From positions 18,317-82,316 of the forward strand of contig JALWZX010000011.1 of assembly GCA_027002375.1 (NCBI GenBank): 64,000 nucleotides of DNA. Reading direction: 5' to 3'. The position numbers and the translations under genes are program-made. This document shows positions 58,355-64,000 of the stretch, piece after piece. Every line of letters begins with the position of its first letter. Positions within the stretch are counted from its first letter, which is position 1. Origin of the DNA: a candidate division WWE3 bacterium. Lineage in GTDB: Bacteria; Patescibacteriota; WWE3; 2-01-FULL-39-13. Under the pieces are notes generated by a model. The model saw nothing but the letters and a program-made list of their open reading frames with translations. It was not told the origin of the DNA and made no database searches.

Positions 58355-58648
58355 ATGAAAATCGAACCATTATCAGACAGAGTAGTTTTAAAACTGCTAA
58401 ATCCAAAAGACAAAACTAAAGCTGGCATAATTTTGCCCGAAGAAGCGCAAGAAGAATCGCACATGGCTACTGTGATAGCTGTCGGTAATGGCAAGTTTAC
58501 AGAAACCGGCCAGCTTATCAAACCAAGTGTCGAAGTTGGGCAAACAGTTTTAATTAGTGGTAAATGGGCCGGAAATAATGTAACATTAGACGGCGTAGAA
58601 TATAAAATAGTTAATGATTCTGATATATTAGCAGTAATTAAAGATTAA
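58355..58648 (+). CDS. groES: co-chaperonin GroES
   Basis: 97 aa. IKPLSDRVVLK...AGIILPE...GKWAG...ILAVI signature. Confidence 0.95.
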   Translation: MKIEPLSDRVVLKLLNPKDKTKAGIILPEEAQEESHMATVIAVGNGKFTETGQLIKPSVEVGQTVLISGKWAGNNVTLDGVEYKIVNDSDILAVIKD

Positions 58649-58829
58649 TTTTACGGGGAATTCAATAGTCAAACATAATTTAATGGTGATTTTTCAAAAA
58701 AAAACACCAGTGTAAAAATAACTATGAAATTCTCCCTAAAAATAAAAAAGTGTAATTAGTATAGTTTGAGTCAAAAGTTAAAGAAGTGTCAGATGTGTTT
58801 TTCTGATAACTTCTACAATTTAATTAAAT

Positions 58830-60461
58830 ATGGCAGCAAAAAAAGTCATTTACGACCAAGATGCAAGAAATAAACTAAAACAAGGTGTAGACGCACTTGC
58901 AAATGCAGTAGGCGCAACAATGGGTCCACTAGGCCGAAACGTAGGCATAGAAAAATCATGGGGCGCCCCAACAATAACTCATGATGGTGTTACCGTCGCA
59001 AAAGAAGTTGAATTAAAAGATAAATTTGAAAACATGGGCGCCAAGTTAGTACTAGAAGCCGCAACAAAAACAAATGACGTCGCAGGTGATGGTACAACTT
59101 CTGCAACGGTTCTAGCTCAAGCATTAGTAGACACCGGTTTAAGAAACGTAGCAGCTGGTGCAAACCCGATGTTTATAAGACGTGGTTTAGAAAGCGCTGT
59201 AAAAGAAGTGGTAAACGAGTTAAAAACGATGGCAAAAGACATAAAAACTAAAGAGCAACAAGCACAAGTAGCAACAAATTCAGCTCAAGATGTGGAAATC
59301 GGAAACATTATTGCCGAAGCGATAGAAAAAGTTGGACCAGACGGTGTAATAACAGTAGAAGAAGGTAGAAGTTTAGACTTAGAACTAGAAACAAAAGAAG
59401 GTATGAATTTTGACCAAGGGTATCTATCACCCTACTTTGTTACAGACCCAGAAAAAATGGTAGCTGAAATAGAAGATGCTTACATATTGATAACGGATAA
59501 AAAAATAAGTAACATTCAAGACATAGTTCCTATGCTAGAGAACTTGGTAAAGATAACACAAAACCTAGTAATCATCGCTGAAGACATAGAATCTCAAGCA
59601 TTAGCAACATTAGTTGTCAATAAACTAAGAGGATCACTTAAAGTTTTGGCAATAAAAGCACCAGGATTTGGCGACAGAAGAAAAGCTATGTTAGAAGACA
59701 TTGCAATTGTAACTGGTGGATCAGTAATCAGCGAAGACACTGGTAGAAAATTGGATTCTGTTTCTATCGAAGATTTGGGCCGAGCAGACAAAGTAATAAC
59801 AACAAAAGACGATACAACAATAGTCGGAGGAAAAGGCTCAAAAGCAAATATAGAAGCACGTGTAACACAAATTAAAAGAGAAATAGATGAATCTACAAGT
59901 GATTACGACAAAGAAAAATTACAAGAAAGACTAGCAAAACTAATTGGAGGTGTAGCAATAATAAGAGTTGGTGCTGCAACTGAAGCTGAAATGAAAGAAA
60001 AGAAATACAGAGTAGAAGACGCAGTTAATGCAACACAAGCCGCAGTTGCAGAAGGTATAGTTCCCGGTGGTGGAATCGCTTACCTTAAAGCACGAAAAGT
60101 ATTAGAGAAAACAAAGCTAGAAAGTGATGAAAAAGTAGGTGCGACAATATTGTTTGAGGCACTAGAAAAGCCTTTTAGAACAATTCTTACAAACGCTGGC
60201 CTAGAACCAGGAAAATACATAAAAGAAATAGAAGAAAACTTAGACAAAAACCTTGGATTAAATGTACTAGACGGCAAGTTGTATGATATGGTAGAAGCTG
60301 GTGTTATTGACCCTGTAAGAGTTACAAGAACAGCAGTAGAAAACGCAGTTAGTGTAACAATAAGCATTTTAACAACAGATGCTTTAATAGCAGAAGAACC
60401 AGAAGATAAACCCGAGCCACCAATGCCACAAGCACCAGGTGGAATGCCAGGCATGATGTAA
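58830..60461 (+). CDS. groEL: chaperonin GroEL
   Basis: [12 protein letters not shown]...GPLGRNV...[11 protein letters not shown]... Gly/Met-rich C-terminus PGGMPGMM. Confidence 0.97.
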   Translation: MAAKKVIYDQDARNKLKQGVDALANAVGATMGPLGRNVGIEKSWGAPTITHDGVTVAKEVELKDKFENMGAKLVLEAATKTNDVAGDGTTSATVLAQALVDTGLRNVAAGANPMFIRRGLESAVKEVVNELKTMAKDIKTKEQQAQVATNSAQDVEIGNIIAEAIEKVGPDGVITVEEGRSLDLELETKEGMNFDQGYLSPYFVTDPEKMVAEIEDAYILITDKKISNIQDIVPMLENLVKITQNLVIIAEDIESQALATLVVNKLRGSLKVLAIKAPGFGDRRKAMLEDIAIVTGGSVISEDTGRKLDSVSIEDLGRADKVITTKDDTTIVGGKGSKANIEARVTQIKREIDESTSDYDKEKLQERLAKLIGGVAIIRVGAATEAEMKEKKYRVEDAVNATQAAVAEGIVPGGGIAYLKARKVLEKTKLESDEKVGATILFEALEKPFRTILTNAGLEPGKYIKEIEENLDKNLGLNVLDGKLYDMVEAGVIDPVRVTRTAVENAVSVTISILTTDALIAEEPEDKPEPPMPQAPGGMPGMM

Positions 60462-60518
60462 GATTTATAGATTAATCTAATCGCGCACAGTTGCTTACCT
60501 ATTTAATGAGCGATTTGT

Positions 60519-60547
60519 GAAGCTCCCGATTTCAATCGGGAGCTTCC
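60519..60547 (+). other. stable hairpin (GAAGCTCCCGAT-ttcaa-ATCGGGAGCTTC) without T-run, 3' of groEL
   Basis: Perfect 12-bp inverted repeat. Could be an RNase-protective 3' stem or a protein-binding site. Confidence 0.3.
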
Positions 60548-60633
60548 TATGCCTGCGTTGCATAAAATCTAACGCTTGCCTATCTACCTCCACACATCTG
60601 AAGAATTGGAAATTTTAACAGCATAGTAAAATA

Positions 60634-60665
60634 CCGACAGCCTACGCAGTCGGCATTTTGCATTT
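60634..60665 (+). terminator. terminator-like hairpin + TTTTG (second copy of element at 32247)
   Basis: CCGACAGC-ctac-GCAGTCGG followed by CATTTTG, downstream of groEL. Confidence 0.5.
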
Positions 60666-60726
60666 AGCTCGCTAAAGCGAGTTCGGCTACGCCGAAACAA
60701 CTTCATCTGATTGCGTAAGCAATCAG
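60634..60726 (+). repeat. terminator-associated structured element B, copy 2
   Basis: CCGACAGCCTACGCAGTCGGCATTTTGCATTTAGCTCGCTAAAGCGAG...TACGCCGAAACAACTTCATCTGATTGCGTAAGCAATCA. Compensatory TGATTGT..ACAATCA vs TGATTGC..GCAATCA. Confidence 0.55.
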
Positions 60727-60931
60727 CAGTTATGAAAAGTAAAACAAACCGCCCCTTTTCGCCTTCAACTCCCTATTCAGCGAACAACATGAATACCCAA
60801 TTTCAAATCCGTTAACACAGGCTAACCCAATTGCACATGTACAAACGCAACACAAATTTACACATTAGTCTTGCAATCAAGATTAGTCAATTCCGCTTTA
60901 TTACTAATCTACTTTCTGATAAACTAAAGAT

Positions 60932-62419
60932 ATGAAAAAACCTGCCATATTCAATAAAAACAAGAACAAGGAAACAATAAATACAGAACAAGAACATGAA
61001 CAAACAGGCATAACAGATAATTCTAGAAATACTATGAAACCATCTTCTACACAGCAACAACCACAGCAAAGCACGACTGAGCGAACAGAATCGGCAACTG
61101 ATACACAAGAAACAAACATGTCAAAAAAACAAAACGCTACAAAGCACGTAGATAGCAAATCCAACAATGCTGAATTCGCAAAAAAAGGTTCTTTACTCGG
61201 TGCTAGAGAGTTAAAAAAGATAGGCATTGGTTGTTTCGGAATACTAGCCTTCTTCATAACCCTACTTGTAATATTCTCCGTGTACAAATCAGTAACACGA
61301 AATGATATCCCTGTACAAACAGAAAAACATCTAGTCTGCCAAAACGATTCATGCATAGAAATTCCAGGTGCTGGCACAAACGAATGCGAAACAAATAAAG
61401 ATTGCAAAAAGGAAAATGTGGAAATTGTCCCGTCATACGCCTACATCAAAGATAAAACAGAAATATACACCGCAACAGTAGATGGCAAAGAAAAGAAAAA
61501 AGTGTTATCTATTAACGATCAAAACCAAGAATTTACAACACTAACATGGAAAGATAAAGATCAAATCACATATGCGAAATGTGAAATTAATCATAGCAAA
61601 GACTGTTCTATAGAAACTCTAAATTTAAAGAACAGATCTATAACACCGGAAATTATACAATCTTTATCTGATAAAATCAGAAAAATAAAATTTAACAACA
61701 ATAAAAAGTATTTTGCGTACATTGGACAAGATTCCACAGAGAAAAATATAAACTTAACATTCTACATAAAAACTGGCACCGTAAAAACGCCATTAAAAAC
61801 AATCAGCTCCAACCCCGATCCTACTAATATACAAACACGTATTTTGTTCACCAACGACAATAATTATATAGTTTTCTCGGCAATAGAAGTAACACATGAT
61901 GAGAAGGATAAGAATAAGATATACAAAGTTCCACAAATATACATATATCAAATAAATGGCATCCTATTCGATAGGATAGAAAACGCTACCGACCCATTCA
62001 TCGTGAATAAAGATACTATTGGTTTTTCTAAAAACAACCAATTAATGTACAAAAAGATAGGCAACAAATTAGAAACTTCTGTAACACCGTTTAAACAAAG
62101 TTATAATCCAGTAATATCATTTGACAAAAGAAATATAGCATATTGGAAAAACGAAGGCGGTTTTAGCGACGTTTTACTAGGAATTTATAATATTGATATG
62201 GGAATTCATAGAAACATATTAAGAGGGGTAATTATACCTACGTGGGTAACAAACAACTCCTTAGTAGGCATAAAAGCAGATGGCTGTATAGGTCAAGCAT
62301 GCCTATTATATGAATTTCAAACAACAAGTTTAGTTCTAGTTAATATAGAAAACGGCGATGTAACAATAGTCGATCAAGGAAAATCAATTTCAAATATTGA
62401 TTTTTTGCAACCAAATTAG
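60932..62419 (+). CDS. membrane protein with low-complexity cytoplasmic N-terminus, single TM and extracytoplasmic beta-rich domain
   Basis: TM IGIGCFGILAFFITLLVIFSVY. Cys-rich segment CQNDSCIEIPGAGTNECETNKDCK. Alternating beta-strand-like repeats. Confidence 0.45.
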   Translation: MKKPAIFNKNKNKETINTEQEHEQTGITDNSRNTMKPSSTQQQPQQSTTERTESATDTQETNMSKKQNATKHVDSKSNNAEFAKKGSLLGARELKKIGIGCFGILAFFITLLVIFSVYKSVTRNDIPVQTEKHLVCQNDSCIEIPGAGTNECETNKDCKKENVEIVPSYAYIKDKTEIYTATVDGKEKKKVLSINDQNQEFTTLTWKDKDQITYAKCEINHSKDCSIETLNLKNRSITPEIIQSLSDKIRKIKFNNNKKYFAYIGQDSTEKNINLTFYIKTGTVKTPLKTISSNPDPTNIQTRILFTNDNNYIVFSAIEVTHDEKDKNKIYKVPQIYIYQINGILFDRIENATDPFIVNKDTIGFSKNNQLMYKKIGNKLETSVTPFKQSYNPVISFDKRNIAYWKNEGGFSDVLLGIYNIDMGIHRNILRGVIIPTWVTNNSLVGIKADGCIGQACLLYEFQTTSLVLVNIENGDVTIVDQGKSISNIDFLQPN

Positions 62420-62420
62420 T

Positions 62421-64000
62421 ATGCCTATACAAGAATCTGCATCAAATATGGCAAATGCGGGGCGTAAGCACCCTGTTCCTCAAAATGTGATGGACGTCGA
62501 ATTCAAAGTCGTGGGCGATCTTACCGTAAGACAGGTAATGTACTTATTCGTTGGCGCTTTTTTGATGTATGTCTTTTACAGAATGGGGTTACCATTCTTT
62601 TGGAAATGGCTATTTGTAATAGGAATCGGGGCGCTCTCCGTAGCAGTTGCTTTTATCCCAGTACAAGAACGCGGATTAGATAAGTGGCTAGTAAGCTTTG
62701 TCACAGCATTAAGAAATCCGACACAAAGAGTTTGGAAAAAATCACACAACCCACCTGCATATTTTTTATCCGATTACGCTAAAATAATTAAAAACGAAAT
62801 AATAACACTAACACCAGCCAAAAGTAGAAGTAAGTTAGATGAATATCTAGGCACTCAACAACAACAGACAACATACGATAACGAAACAAAAGAAAAACTT
62901 GAGCAAATACAATTACTCTACGCTCAGACCTCAACTATAGCTAAAAAATTACCAACTAAGCAACAACCAACACTAGCAGACGTTCATAAAGATGAACTAG
63001 AATCAAAATCAGAAATGACAAATACAACTAGAAACATAAACCGACCAATAAAAAACATTTCCGCAACGCTAGACAAAGGCATACAGATAAAAGTGAAATC
63101 AAAAATGCCTGACACCATAACACTTACAGAAATACAAAACATTAAAAAACAAGAAAAAGACATAAGCAAACAAATAGACAGCCTATTAAAAACAACCAAA
63201 AAAGCGCAAAAACAATTTAAGACAACTAAGCTGTCAACAGAACATAAACAAAACAGATTACAATTCTTTAATACAAAATACACAGAAATAAAAAACGCAA
63301 AACAATCTTTAGAAGGACAAATTCAACAAAAACAAGACGCGATAAAAGACAACAGTACAGTATCTAACGATGTACTGAAACAGATCAAATCTCTACAAAG
63401 TGAAAATGCCACACTGGAGATGCAGTTAAAGGAACTTCAAAAAGAAATAAACTCTCTAGTGTCAATAAAATCAGCACCAACCGAGAAGTTAAAACTAAAC
63501 ATTAACAACAATCAAATATCAAATACCAAAAACAACCTGTCTCCTACAAAGAAAAAAGCCACAAACAAGCTAAATGTACATATACCCAAACTAAACTTTG
63601 AAATTCCTAAAACCCAAGAAGCCACAACTGTTACGAAACAGAGTACAACGGCACAATCTTCACAACCAAGTACATCAACAAATTCCGACAACTTGTCAAA
63701 TATGAACGAAGATAAAAAGAAGCAGGCAGATAAAGCATTAGCAAATATATTAAACAACAAATATAGAACAGCAAATATACTAAAAGCAGAAAAAACCAAA
63801 AGCCAAAAACCCAAAACTCAAAAAGATACAGCACCTTCAGAAGACACGAACATAATCCATGGCGTTGTAAAAGATGCATCTGGAAAATTATTAGAAAACG
63901 CGGTAGTTTTAATAAAAAATAATAAAGGAGACATAGAAAGAGCTTTAAAAACTAACAAGCTTGGACACTTTAAAACGCAAACTAAATTAGACAATGGAAA
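62421..64000 (+). CDS. partial (3'-truncated by window edge) PrgI-like membrane protein with long coiled-coil tail and carboxypeptidase-regulatory-like domain
   Basis: ATG 2 nt after the upstream stop, open to the window end (>520 codons), which is why it is absent from the ORF track. Motif EFKVVGDLTVRQVMYLFVGAFL plus two TMs resembles the PrgI/VirB3-like T4SS family. K/Q/E-rich coiled coil. The end region IIHGVVKDASGKLLENAVVLIKNN...GHFKT resembles a CarboxypepD_reg domain. Confidence 0.5.
   Translation, partial: MPIQESASNMANAGRKHPVPQNVMDVEFKVVGDLTVRQVMYLFVGAFLMYVFYRMGLPFFWKWLFVIGIGALSVAVAFIPVQERGLDKWLVSFVTALRNPTQRVWKKSHNPPAYFLSDYAKIIKNEIITLTPAKSRSKLDEYLGTQQQQTTYDNETKEKLEQIQLLYAQTSTIAKKLPTKQQPTLADVHKDELESKSEMTNTTRNINRPIKNISATLDKGIQIKVKSKMPDTITLTEIQNIKKQEKDISKQIDSLLKTTKKAQKQFKTTKLSTEHKQNRLQFFNTKYTEIKNAKQSLEGQIQQKQDAIKDNSTVSNDVLKQIKSLQSENATLEMQLKELQKEINSLVSIKSAPTEKLKLNINNNQISNTKNNLSPTKKKATNKLNVHIPKLNFEIPKTQEATTVTKQSTTAQSSQPSTSTNSDNLSNMNEDKKKQADKALANILNNKYRTANILKAEKTKSQKPKTQKDTAPSEDTNIIHGVVKDASGKLLENAVVLIKNNKGDIERALKTNKLGHFKTQTKLDNG

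Overview
This is a low-GC (~33%) bacterial window that uses the standard genetic code: TAA, TAG and TGA all terminate genes here, and the very long ORFs are intact. Recognisable housekeeping genes are metG, rmuC, uppS, a polyprenyl-diphosphate synthase, groES-groEL, tRNA-Phe(GAA) and tRNA-Cys(GCA). An RND efflux pump with its membrane-fusion adaptor, a UvrD/HelD-like helicase and a Lon-family AAA+ ATPase that lacks the protease domain are also present. Most of the window encodes an unusual density of giant, signal-peptide or membrane-anchored surface proteins. A 2268-aa protein has two glycoside-hydrolase-like TIM barrels plus DNRLRE-like modules. A 2741-aa adhesin-like protein has a nested internal duplication and a C-terminal domain shared with a neighbouring 371-aa secreted protein. 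Between and after them sit two paralogous signal-peptide proteins with a C-terminal transmembrane (TM) anchor. I read this 13-kb locus (18.8-32.2 kb) as a divergent WxL/Csc-type cell-surface complex (the family described in Lactobacillales) in which the WxL tryptophans are replaced by tyrosine. This is an inference from motif layout, not a database hit. Further items are listed below.
- A plant-type LRR ORF lies in the same frame as an upstream surface protein ending in a Myxococcus-type Cys repeat, separated only by a TGA.
- A ~90-100-bp MITE-like repeat family has at least six copies and artificially extends several ORF starts.
- A two-copy terminator-linked structured element shows compensatory base changes.
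- A HerA/FtsK-like ATPase sits with a small partner and convergent zinc-ribbon proteins in a tRNA-flanked segment.
- A PrgI-like ORF runs off the window end and is missing from the ORF track.
- A sugar kinase/aldolase cassette carries a GC-shifted unknown gene.
The many surface giants and apparently weak Shine-Dalgarno usage would fit a reduced-genome lineage such as Patescibacteria/CPR, but that is speculative.
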